In this document: positions 1 through 8,242 of the stretch, piece after piece
How positions within the stretch are numbered: position 1 is the stretch's first letter
Layout: each line of letters begins with the position of its first letter
Origin: Candidatus Micrarchaeota archaeon
GTDB lineage: Archaea; Micrarchaeota; Micrarchaeia; Norongarragalinales; SBBD01
Reading direction: 5' to 3'
DNA: 36,248 nt
Assembly (NCBI GenBank): GCA_038046605.1
Contig: JBBSVW010000013.1
Coordinates: 1 to 36,248 of the forward strand
Program-made: the position numbers and the translations under genes
The notes under the pieces: model-generated
What the model was told of the DNA's origin: nothing
Database searches by the model: none
Seen by the model: the letters and a program-made list of their open reading frames with translations, nothing else

Positions 1-167
1 TAAAAACAGCTGAAAAGTAGTTAAATTGGTGCGTTTTTTAAGCAATCACCTATTTAATTGAGGCAGGCGCCTTGGATCCATGCCGGGATTGTCTTGGGAT
101 TGCGGGCTTGCCATGGCCCCAAACGATATGCTTATTAGAAAAGATGGGCAAAGGGAGTTGATAAGGA

Positions 168-440
168 ATGGCAACCGACGAGGAAATATTGCAATTGTGG
201 GAGAAACTCCCAAAGAAAAAAGAACGGGCGCAGGACATAGTCCGCCTTTACCGCCTAGCTGAAAGTGCAGGCAGGCAGGAAGCTGTTTTGGCGCTTGAAA
301 AGGAACTTTTATTGGATGCCACAATTGAATCCGCCCTTAAGACCTTTGGATGGGGCAGGAACAGCAGAGCGAGCATAATTACAACAAGGGCGCTTCTCAG
401 GGAGGCGGCAAGGATTGCTATAATGAAAGTTGGGAAATGA
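168..440 (+). CDS. Small hypothetical helical protein (90 aa)
   Basis: ATG ORF with purine-rich upstream sequence and protein-like composition; no motif recognised. Confidence 0.6.
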   Translation: MATDEEILQLWEKLPKKKERAQDIVRLYRLAESAGRQEAVLALEKELLLDATIESALKTFGWGRNSRASIITTRALLREAARIAIMKVGK

Positions 441-490
441 AGCAAGCCAAAATCCGGCGGCAAACTGCCAAATTATCATAGATTATAAGT

Positions 491-559
491 ATCAGTCCGT
501 CCACAAACTGTAAAGTGCCCTGCCTGACCGCCGAAGCACACGTAGTTTCCGAGGAAATG
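491..559. repeat. Repeat family A, copy 1 (intergenic ~70 bp)
   Basis: ATCAGTCCGTCC...CTGACCGCCGAAGCACACGTAGTTTCCGAGGAAATG; 61/69 identical to 2794-2862; ends 11 nt from the ATPase stop codon. Confidence 0.95.
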
Positions 560-570
560 AAGCGGTTCAG

Positions 571-1605
571 TCATACGAGGTAGGTTGCTTTAAGGAAAAG
601 CGGATCCGACAAGTAATATTTTTGGTTCCTTTTTTCAATGAACGAATAGGCAACCAGTTTTTCCAATGCAAAATTGAACAAGTTTGGATTAAGCTGTTTC
701 CCGATAGTTTTGCCCGCCATATTGCGCAATTCGTCCCAGCTTATCCCTCCGGCATTCCGCAATATGGCCAGATAAAGTTTCCTGTTTTTTGTTTTCTTTA
801 AGAAATGAACCAGTTCGGAAGCGGCGATGCGCGCCGCACTTTCGCTTGTTTTTTTCAGAGCGTCCCTATTTTTCCTGATTCCCTTTTCATAGCCGTACAG
901 GGTCAGCCAGCCAATTAAGCCGTCCAGCTCGGCTTGCGCTTCGGCGATCTCTTCATCAGACGCCTTGAACCCGACCTGCGAAAACCCTTTTTTCAGATAA
1001 TCCATGGAAGCGTTCCGGTCAAGCCGGTTCATTACCACCTTAATGATCTCACGGCCAAAAAGGGGGTGGTCCGAATCCTCCTCCCCAAGGATCTCCTCCA
1101 CAAGCCCTATCTCGCTTCCGGATATGACAAAGGAGATTTGGGGAAACCGGTCGTAAAAGTAGGATAATACGTCAGCCAAATCGCTTTTTTTCATGCGCTG
1201 GACCTCGTCAATGAATACGCAGATGCGCCCGGCTTTCATTATCCTTCGTTCTATCTCACTTTGGCTTTCAGAACCGAGTTTTATATCGAACCCCACCCCA
1301 AACGCAGAAACATTGAGGCTTTCAATTTTTCCGAATATTTTCGGCTTCCCAAATTTTGCGGTTTCATAAATCGCCCCGAAAATTTCCTTTTTCGGATCGT
1401 TCACTATCCTTCCGTCAAGCCATAGTTTCAAGCCGTTTGCTTCATTGTAGACCAAATTGAGCAAACTGGTCTTTCCCACGCGCCTGATTCCCACAACGGC
1501 AATGATTTTCTCTTTTCTCTCGAGGGCTTTCTTAACCTGCCCGTACTCGTAATCATAGTTGTAAAAATCCGCTTTCCTGCTTTTGGGCTCAATTTCAAAG
1601 TACAT
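571..1605 (-). CDS. Archaeal-type P-loop ATPase (ATPase_2/AAA family) with probable C-terminal winged helix
   Basis: Walker A GIRRVGKT, Walker B VFIDEVQ, SGSE and LFGR motifs; TTTATAAA box at 1627-1634. Confidence 0.85.
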   Translation of the reverse strand: MYFEIEPKSRKADFYNYDYEYGQVKKALERKEKIIAVVGIRRVGKTSLLNLVYNEANGLKLWLDGRIVNDPKKEIFGAIYETAKFGKPKIFGKIESLNVSAFGVGFDIKLGSESQSEIERRIMKAGRICVFIDEVQRMKKSDLADVLSYFYDRFPQISFVISGSEIGLVEEILGEEDSDHPLFGREIIKVVMNRLDRNASMDYLKKGFSQVGFKASDEEIAEAQAELDGLIGWLTLYGYEKGIRKNRDALKKTSESAARIAASELVHFLKKTKNRKLYLAILRNAGGISWDELRNMAGKTIGKQLNPNLFNFALEKLVAYSFIEKRNQKYYLSDPLFLKATYLV

Positions 1606-1626
1606 GCCATCCTTTCAACGCGCATG

Positions 1627-1672
1627 TTTATAAAGTTAAGTATATTGCCATTTTGATTAACTTAAGTTAAGT
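1627..1672. promoter_or_regulatory. TATA box plus palindromic putative operator of the ATPase gene
   Basis: TTTATAAA 1627-1634; AAGTTAAGT at 1633-1641 and 1664-1672; perfect palindrome TTAACTTAAGTTAA 1657-1670. Confidence 0.55.
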
Positions 1673-1738
1673 GGACGCTGGGTGAAAGTTATCCTATCTG
1701 ACCGCCAAAAGACAGGTCATTTCCGAGGAAATGGGGTG
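1672..1738. repeat. Repeat family A, copy 2 (diverged)
   Basis: TGGACGCTGGGTG-N13-CTGACCGCC...CATTTCCGAGGAAATGGGGTG; anchors GGTG, CTGACC and TTTCCGAGGAAATG have the same spacing as in copy 3; abuts the Fic stop codon at 1740. Confidence 0.85.
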
Positions 1739-1739
1739 A

Positions 1740-2702
1740 CTACAAAGTTGCTTTCCGTAGTCCCCTCTTTTTCAGCAGCTTTTTCAATTCACGATACTCC
1801 TTCAGCATCAGTTCGATAGTGGATCGCAAATTATACTCGCGCTCATATGCCTGCAAGGATGCGTAATACTCGTGCCGGTGTTTATACTCTATGTTAAGCG
1901 GAGGTAGATTATGCTTCAGCAGTATATTGTTGAGCAATAGTCTTCCCACTCTGCCGTTACCGTCTTGGAAGGGATGGATATTCTCGAATTGGTTGTGAAC
2001 TACCGCGGCTAAAACCAAAGGCGGATATTTTTTCTTGTTTTTGCCATACCAAACCACCAACTCCTCCAAAAGGCTTTTGACCTGGGTCGAAGGCGCTCCC
2101 CGATGGATGATGTTCCCAAACTGGTCTGATACAACTACTTCCACTCCTCTTGGCCGTACCGTGCCTGCGTAGGATTTGGAATTTTCGAAAACGATCCGGT
2201 GAAGCGCCAGGATCAGTTCAAGCGATACGTGCTCCTTGGTTTTTCTGATATAATCCACCGCCTTGGCAACGCCGTACGTTTCGGAAATATCCTCCTTGGG
2301 CTTGTTCGGCCACTTGTCCTTCTCCAGAATGCCGCTAACTTCCCGTTCCTCTAGAGACGACCCCTCGATTGCATTGGTGTTGTAGGTAAATGCTTCCGTG
2401 AATTTTTGCCAATCCTCTTCCGAAAGATGCGTTATTTTGAGGGCTATTCCCGCCTCCAAAGATTTTAACTCCGCCAGCTCTTCCTTTGAAACAACGGTTT
2501 TGAACGGGTCATGGATGAAACGGCTTGCATTGATCCTTTCAAAGAGTTTGGCTTTGATTTCTTTCTCGCGCTGCAGCAGTTCTTCCCTACTTAGGTTTGC
2601 ACCCAAATAAACTCGCAATTTCCGGACTTTCCCTCCCTTCCGGTAAGAGTGTGCCAAGTAGAACTTCCTTCCTCCTTTTCCTTTCCGGACTTCAACGTGC
2701 AT
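1740..2702 (-). CDS. Fic-domain protein (AMPylase-type) with basic N-terminal extension
   Basis: Canonical HPFQDGNGRVGR motif; N-terminal inhibitory-type motif TNAIEG. Confidence 0.92.
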   Translation of the reverse strand: MHVEVRKGKGGRKFYLAHSYRKGGKVRKLRVYLGANLSREELLQREKEIKAKLFERINASRFIHDPFKTVVSKEELAELKSLEAGIALKITHLSEEDWQKFTEAFTYNTNAIEGSSLEEREVSGILEKDKWPNKPKEDISETYGVAKAVDYIRKTKEHVSLELILALHRIVFENSKSYAGTVRPRGVEVVVSDQFGNIIHRGAPSTQVKSLLEELVVWYGKNKKKYPPLVLAAVVHNQFENIHPFQDGNGRVGRLLLNNILLKHNLPPLNIEYKHRHEYYASLQAYEREYNLRSTIELMLKEYRELKKLLKKRGLRKATL

Positions 2703-2713
2703 GGTTCAATTAG

Positions 2714-2753
2714 GTGACTACAATTTATAAATATTTGCATTAAATGTGACTAC
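2714..2753. promoter_or_regulatory. TATA box flanked by GTGACTAC direct repeats upstream of Fic gene 1
   Basis: GTGACTAC at 2714-2721 and 2746-2753; TTTATAAA at 2724-2731. Confidence 0.5.
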
Positions 2754-2793
2754 GCCTATTTAAACCTTGCTCCGGTCGTCTAACTAAAGTTGC

Positions 2794-2867
2794 ATCAGTC
2801 CGTCCGCTAGGTGTGAAGTGCTCTGCCTGACCGCTGAAGCACACGTTGTTTCCGAGGAAATGGGGTG
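2794..2867. repeat. Repeat family A, copy 3
   Basis: ATCAGTCCGTCCGCTAGGTGTGAAGTGCTCTGCCTGACCGCTGAAGCACACGTTGTTTCCGAGGAAATGGGGTG; directly abuts the stop codon at 2868-2870. Confidence 0.95.
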
Positions 2868-3800
2868 TCAGATGCTTTCCATGAAAAAGCCGTATACAAA
2901 CCGGACGAAAGGCCGCTCGTCCTTGTTTTCCACGGATCCCACCAGCGCATCAAAATACGCCCTAGGATCCTTGGAAATGTTCAATAGTGGATAGTTATTG
3001 TCGAAAAGCGCCTTGTTCAGGAGCAGGCGTGAAACCCGCTTATTGCCGTCCTCGAAGGGATGGATCATGTAGAAGCGTAGATGGAATAGGGCGGCCAGTT
3101 CTATGGCGTTAAGTTTCCCCAGATTGGCGCCGTACCATTCAATGAGCTCCGCTATTTTCTTCCCAATTTCTGCAGGTGCCAAAGGCCTGAAGCCTATTTC
3201 TTCCGTTTTCTCATAGCTCTTAAGGTAAATGTGGGCTTGATTTCTGCGGAAGCTGCCGGGGCTTTTTTCCCCATATCCTGCCATGATAATACTGTGGAGC
3301 TCGAGCATGAAATCCTTGCCGATGCCTTTCTTGCTTTCTTTGACAAACCGGAGTCCCTTTATCATATCCAGCGCAACTCGCAGGTTTTCGTCCCTTAGGC
3401 TTTTTGCATTTTGAAGGCTGAACCTATAGGCCAGCTCAGCATCCTGCTTGGTAATCGGGACTCCTTCTGTAGAAAGGGTGGTATAAACGAAGTTCACTGT
3501 ATCGATTTCGTCTTTCTCGTCCCGAGCGGATTTTCCGAGGTTTTGAATTTTGGCGAGATAGCGCCTCCGCCTCTTTTCCGCTTCGATGAGTTCTTCCTTT
3601 GAAAGGTAAATTCTTGAAGCATCGTTCAGAAGATCGCCGTATATTTTATCAAATAACTCGGCATTTTTCCTTTGGAGGATGCCTTTAGAGGGAATTCTTT
3701 TACCAAGAAAAATCGAATAGACTTTAGGCTTCTCCAGCCGGATCGATTCCTCCAAATAGTAGTACTGCTGCCCGTTGACCAGTTTCCTGCGGATGCCCAT
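2868..3800 (-). CDS. Fic/Doc-domain protein with basic N-terminal extension
   Basis: HPFEDGNKRVSR motif; TLSTEG inhibitory-type motif; same architecture as 1740-2702. Confidence 0.9.
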   Translation of the reverse strand: MGIRRKLVNGQQYYYLEESIRLEKPKVYSIFLGKRIPSKGILQRKNAELFDKIYGDLLNDASRIYLSKEELIEAEKRRRRYLAKIQNLGKSARDEKDEIDTVNFVYTTLSTEGVPITKQDAELAYRFSLQNAKSLRDENLRVALDMIKGLRFVKESKKGIGKDFMLELHSIIMAGYGEKSPGSFRRNQAHIYLKSYEKTEEIGFRPLAPAEIGKKIAELIEWYGANLGKLNAIELAALFHLRFYMIHPFEDGNKRVSRLLLNKALFDNNYPLLNISKDPRAYFDALVGSVENKDERPFVRFVYGFFMESI

Positions 3801-3820
3801 GCTACTCTTTGGATGGCAAG

Positions 3821-3916
3821 ATTATTAAACTTATCTTACATTTCAAAGCCAAAATGTATGCCTAAAAAATACGAGCCTAGGTTTTATCTTACATCTGTTA
3901 AACAAATTGTAAGATA
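3821..3916. promoter_or_regulatory. Promoter region of Fic gene 2 with repeated TATCTTACA boxes
   Basis: TTATCTTACAT at 3831-3841 and 3884-3894; inverted TGTAAGATA at 3908-3916; AT-rich TATA-like tract at 3821-3829. Confidence 0.5.
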
Positions 3917-3922
3917 TGAGTT

Positions 3923-3982
3923 TGGACGCTAGGTGTGAAGTGCTTGGACTGACCGGTGAAGCACACGTCGTTTGCAGGAAAT
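3923..3982. repeat. Repeat family A, copy 4
   Basis: TGGACGCTAGGTGTGAAGTGCTTGGACTGACCGGTGAAGCACACGTCGTTTGCAGGAAAT; shares CGCTAGGTGTGAAGTGCT and TGAAGCACACGT exactly with copy 3. Confidence 0.9.
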
Positions 3983-4183
3983 TCAAATTCAACTTCGGGA
4001 AGCCAACCAGGAAACAGAAGCAAAAATCCCGAATTGAATTGGAGGAGGCAAAGAAAACCACAAATAAGCTCGAATGGGGCAGGAATTACAATATAAGTGT
4101 TGAGTTCTCCTACAACAAAGGGGGTTACTGCAGGAGGATCGTTTTCAGCCTGCATTTTAAGTCTTTTGCTCAACTATTAATGT

Positions 4184-5350
4184 ATGATTCCTGAAAAGAT
4201 TGCTGAAGGACTAAAACACGGAAAAACCCCCTTTGGAATGCATCCAATATATTCTCACACTTCAGTTAGGGCGCTCATCAATGAAGAATTCACACACCAA
4301 ATTGATGTGGCAAATGATGCTGCAAGGAAACTTGGTTTTGACATCAGGCTTAGCGCAACAGATGAACCAAGAGACATTATTGCCAAATCAGGGAAGGCGT
4401 TCGTAGAAACTCACGAGCATATAAAGCGGGCTGAACGGGGCCACGAAACAGAACTGATTGAACTTGCAAAAAAGGCAGTTATAGATCTTCAAGGGACAAC
4501 ACCTTCGCAAGTCGAATCATTATTTGGAAGCAGGGTTGAAAAAAGAGAACTCCCGGATACCCCTAATGACGATCCCCTCGAAACACCTAAGGAAAAAAAA
4601 AGCGGATTAGGAAGCTTGCTTGGAAAATTTAAAAGGAAGAAGCCTAACATAAAGTTAGCTGCGTGGATTAGAAAAAGGCAAACCCATGACTTGCTAACCC
4701 AAGGTGTTGCCATAAGCCATTTGACGGGCGGGCCAATAACTGTTGAAGCTGATCTTAGGAAAATCGATCCCAGATTACCGGAATTATACCGGCTGCATAC
4801 AAGCTTGGCTCAATTGAGCAATTTCGTTCATTTGACGGTACCGCCTAACTTTAGGCAGCCGCCGCGAACATATGGAGGAAGATCCGGATTGAAATGGAGG
4901 GAAGGCGAAGTCCAGGCAGAAGTTAAAGCAACCGATTTCCCAACCCTCGTCCATGAAATGTCCAAAGGCGTTGTTGAAGCCAACATGGCTCATGCACTTC
5001 CCCGCGAAGGGGACCTTAAGCCTGACGAAGTAGACATATTCAATAAACATACAAAAAACAGGGATGCGGAGATTTGGCAATTTCTTCTCGGCCCTGCATT
5101 TGCAAGAAGGATTGAGGCCGCAATAAGACAAACCGACCTGCCTATTCCGGACGCAAAAAATCCCGAGCAAGCGCATCTGCATAGGAGAGTACTGTTCTCC
5201 TTAATTTCCGAAAGGGAATTGCATTCCATTGCACCACAACTTATATCATCCAAACAGGGAAGCCTAGAATGGGAGGCAGCAGTTGTTAATCTTAAAGAGG
5301 CGATGCTACGCGCTAAAGAAAGATTCGAAGGTGGAAAGAGATGGGTGTGA
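4184..5350 (+). CDS. Hypothetical protein (388 aa) with zincin-like HExxK..E segment
   Basis: Long ORF; FPTLVHEMSKGVVE motif; function not recognised. Confidence 0.8.
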   Translation: MIPEKIAEGLKHGKTPFGMHPIYSHTSVRALINEEFTHQIDVANDAARKLGFDIRLSATDEPRDIIAKSGKAFVETHEHIKRAERGHETELIELAKKAVIDLQGTTPSQVESLFGSRVEKRELPDTPNDDPLETPKEKKSGLGSLLGKFKRKKPNIKLAAWIRKRQTHDLLTQGVAISHLTGGPITVEADLRKIDPRLPELYRLHTSLAQLSNFVHLTVPPNFRQPPRTYGGRSGLKWREGEVQAEVKATDFPTLVHEMSKGVVEANMAHALPREGDLKPDEVDIFNKHTKNRDAEIWQFLLGPAFARRIEAAIRQTDLPIPDAKNPEQAHLHRRVLFSLISERELHSIAPQLISSKQGSLEWEAAVVNLKEAMLRAKERFEGGKRWV

Positions 5351-5634
5351 CAATAAGGGCACGGCGGCCATTTGGCCCTCCAGAACCGGAACCTCAACCG
5401 CAAAGAATACCTGAAAGACAACCGGCAAAGCCAGTAAGAACATTGCCTCCTGGCGCTCCCGAACCTGTTGAGCCCTGGAAACAACCTCAACCCGTGCCGG
5501 AAAGGAAACCCAGAAGAAGAATTCAACCCCTAAGCCCACCCAAACCCGCCCCTACAACCGAGCCTGAAAAGGACCATTGGAATGAAAGAGTATATGCGTA
5601 CATGGCATTAATCCGCAGAATGAAAAGAAATTAG
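5341..5634 (+). CDS. Small proline-rich hypothetical protein
   Basis: Overlaps upstream stop by 10 nt, AGGTGG upstream; PEPEPQP low-complexity region then a short basic helix. Confidence 0.6.
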   Translation: MGVTIRARRPFGPPEPEPQPQRIPERQPAKPVRTLPPGAPEPVEPWKQPQPVPERKPRRRIQPLSPPKPAPTTEPEKDHWNERVYAYMALIRRMKRN

Positions 5635-8177
5635 GCGGCTTTCAGAAGATAATGCCCTGAGGAACTTAGCGATTCAAAACGCTTATTTCGTACACTTTCC
5701 GGAAAACTGATGGCAACTTTTTCTGAATTGCCATAATTTTTAAGAAAACCATCCCGGACGCTTGGATGGTTGCTTATATAGAAAGGAGTCGCATTCGAAG
5801 TAAGAGCCGTAAAGCCAGCTCCCCTTGCTCGCTCCCATAATTTCTCGATAAATTCCTTAGTAAAGTGCTCCATATCCACATTTATAGGGGTCTGTATTGC
5901 ATCAATATGGAGGGTTTTCCCATGTTGCGTCCGGCCTTCAATCAAGTATACATTGCCGACCCAGTTTGGCCCAAGAAAAACTTTCAGGTTATGCGCTTCG
6001 GGAATTGCAAACCTGTCGGGGGAGTATTGCCCGCAATCTTTTGAGGTGCCCCGGGTAGTAATATCTTCGGGGCTAGGCGTCGGATCGAAAATATAATTCA
6101 ACTGCTTTCCAGATGAGCTGCTTGTTGTTTTCTTGTAAAGATCTTCAATTTCAGTCTGCTTTTTTCTAGTTATCGGATTGGCTCCCCGGAGTTCGTCCAG
6201 CAAATTTTGGAATAGCTTTTTTCTCACATCGCCTTCCCCGGCGTATGTTTTCATTTCGGCAATACGCGCTCCATATTCTCGCTTTAACTCGGCCAATTGC
6301 GCGGAGGTTTCTGCAATCGCAGCTGATTTCCCCTCAGAAGAGGATAATGCATTTACTTTTCTTGTACCCTCCTCTTTGGCCATATCAATAAGCTGCTGAT
6401 ATTCTGTCTGCAAATCCGCTGCGATTTTTTCTGGAGAGGCCCTTTGAGAATAATAGGATTCAAGCATACCAAACGATGGCTCGAGATGGCTTTCTATGCC
6501 GCTTTCTATTAAAATTTTCCCATGCTTGGCGATAAGATGCTTTAGCCGCTTGCTATCTGAAAGTGTCTCGGTCTTTATGTGCATCATCCTATCCGAATAG
6601 AGCTGGTAGAGACCCGCCAGCACCTGTTGAGGTTCATCAGAGCGTAATTCGTTTCGTACTATTGGGTCTTGCTCAATAGCGATCAGTTCATGAACGTCAT
6701 GCAAAAGATATCGGTTATCCTTGCCCTCGTCCTGCTTCTGCTGTAGATCAAGTGCAACCTCCTTTAGCAGGCCAATTCCAATCGTTTTCATCGCCAAAGC
6801 CTTCGCAGCTTTGAGCTTCAGAAGGGGCGATAGCTCGGAAATTGCCTGCCCCAGAAAAGAAGCGGCGCTTTTGCCCTTTAAGGCATCCGCATGAAATCTT
6901 ACTGCGTCTGCAACAGTTTTAGGAAATGTGAGTTTTTCCACAACAGCTGTAACTGCAAAGGGATTGAATGGAGTGGGTTTTCGATCCCAATACCCCCGGT
7001 ATCGATGGGCTGCAATCTGGGACCGCCTCATTTCGCGGAACAAGTCCGATTCCAATTCGTCCTCAAGGTTAGAATTGCCGCTCTCGACATTTTGGCTGGC
7101 AATAGGCAATTTTTTCAGAAGGGCTGAAGGCTCCGGATGATTCAGATACATCTTTGTTACATATGGCGTATTTGGTGCTCCCGCCCTAAGTAAATCGGAC
7201 TGGACAGCGGCAAGCTTGCTGAAATCACTTCCTGTTTCACTTAATGATGAAAAAAAGTTGCCTATGGAAGCAGTGGCGGATATTCCGTTTTTCATGCCTA
7301 AACTTACGATTCTTGATAGGCTCTTCAAATCTTCAGGCGAGGTTATCTTGTGCACCCCTATAACTGTTGCAGCATTGGCAGTACCAGCAACTTTTTCTAG
7401 CCCAGCAACCGCTTCGATTTTTTTAGGGATATCGTCATAGTTCTCCACGCGGGTATTGGAAACGATATCCGAAAGATATCTTAATGTTTGAACCGGCAGC
7501 CCAACCTCGGGGGTAGTTTGTTTTATGACATTCTTAACTAAACCAGCCACCCGTTCAACATGTGAAACATTGGTACTTCCCCCACTAAAAGGAACGGCAA
7601 ATATGGGGAGAAAAACCGCTTCGGCATCCTTTTTTGGTGCTCCGAAAACGGAGGCTGCTTTTGCGAGTTGGTCTATCTGGTCCCAGATTGCGCCCCTGAC
7701 ATCGTCCCTTGAAAAGCCCCTTTCTATGAAAAATCCGCTTACCGCTTTAGCATTCTGGGAAAGCCGCCATGCGCGCCATCTCCTCCCAAACGGCATCTGC
7801 TCTGCAGAGGGCCTTTCACGGCGAGGCCCCATGATTTCATTACTGAGCCTGGACAAATTATCTGCTGGAAATGCGCCAGTATTTTTTTCCAATATTTCGC
7901 GCACTTGAGCGCTGACCTGGGCCACCCGTTCCACCGTTACATCATGGGGGCCTAATGCTACAGAAAGTATTGGTGACAATGCTTCAGCCAATTGCCCCCG
8001 AGAAAGATCATGCATGCGATCCGCAAGCTTATAGGTACGGCGCAACTCCGGCCATACTTGCGTTCGCACCGCTTTATCGGAAAGCCCTCGTTCCAGGAAA
8101 ATGCCGCTTCCCCTAATTGCATGATCGAGCACGCTTGGAAATAAAAGCCCTTCAAGTGCTTTTCCTGCCCTAGCCAT
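5631..8177 (-). CDS. Large hypothetical protein (848 aa): helical/coiled-coil body and C-terminal alpha/beta (possibly GNAT-like) domain
   Basis: Long ORF with GGCGGT upstream; C-terminal RGTSKDC...VGNVYL...LHIDAIQ...LWERARGAGF pattern. Confidence 0.8.
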   Translation of the reverse strand: MARAGKALEGLLFPSVLDHAIRGSGIFLERGLSDKAVRTQVWPELRRTYKLADRMHDLSRGQLAEALSPILSVALGPHDVTVERVAQVSAQVREILEKNTGAFPADNLSRLSNEIMGPRRERPSAEQMPFGRRWRAWRLSQNAKAVSGFFIERGFSRDDVRGAIWDQIDQLAKAASVFGAPKKDAEAVFLPIFAVPFSGGSTNVSHVERVAGLVKNVIKQTTPEVGLPVQTLRYLSDIVSNTRVENYDDIPKKIEAVAGLEKVAGTANAATVIGVHKITSPEDLKSLSRIVSLGMKNGISATASIGNFFSSLSETGSDFSKLAAVQSDLLRAGAPNTPYVTKMYLNHPEPSALLKKLPIASQNVESGNSNLEDELESDLFREMRRSQIAAHRYRGYWDRKPTPFNPFAVTAVVEKLTFPKTVADAVRFHADALKGKSAASFLGQAISELSPLLKLKAAKALAMKTIGIGLLKEVALDLQQKQDEGKDNRYLLHDVHELIAIEQDPIVRNELRSDEPQQVLAGLYQLYSDRMMHIKTETLSDSKRLKHLIAKHGKILIESGIESHLEPSFGMLESYYSQRASPEKIAADLQTEYQQLIDMAKEEGTRKVNALSSSEGKSAAIAETSAQLAELKREYGARIAEMKTYAGEGDVRKKLFQNLLDELRGANPITRKKQTEIEDLYKKTTSSSSGKQLNYIFDPTPSPEDITTRGTSKDCGQYSPDRFAIPEAHNLKVFLGPNWVGNVYLIEGRTQHGKTLHIDAIQTPINVDMEHFTKEFIEKLWERARGAGFTALTSNATPFYISNHPSVRDGFLKNYGNSEKVAISFPESVRNKRFESLSSSGHYLLKAA

Positions 8178-8242
8178 TTATACTACCGCCCAGAAGAATA
8201 TTCCTGCTTACTTTATTATATTTAACAGGTAACTAATAAGGT

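Noticed and set aside
2794-2862. Hammerhead ribozyme (CTGA... and GAAA motifs)
   Set aside because: The CUGANGA core is not complete on either strand and the required three stems cannot be formed.
491-2867. Repeat A as DGR template/variable repeats
   Set aside because: The 8 mismatches between copies 1 and 3 are not confined to adenines on either strand, the copies lie outside coding 3' ends, and no reverse transcriptase is present.
2777-2867. Canonical integron attC (GTCTAAC/GTTAGAC near 2778-2784)
   Set aside because: The core-like heptamer occurs beside one copy only and has no matching partner near the stop codon; other copies lack it.
491-3982. Repeat A as a CRISPR array
   Set aside because: Repeats are ~70 bp, degenerate and separated by ~1.1 kb gene-containing segments; no cas genes in the window.
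3916-4194. 92-aa ORF overlapping repeat copy 4
   Set aside because: Starts inside operator-like and repeat sequence, the frame is broken in other copies (stop in copy 2, 1-nt offset after the core), and no motif is recognised; a gene remnant cannot be fully excluded.
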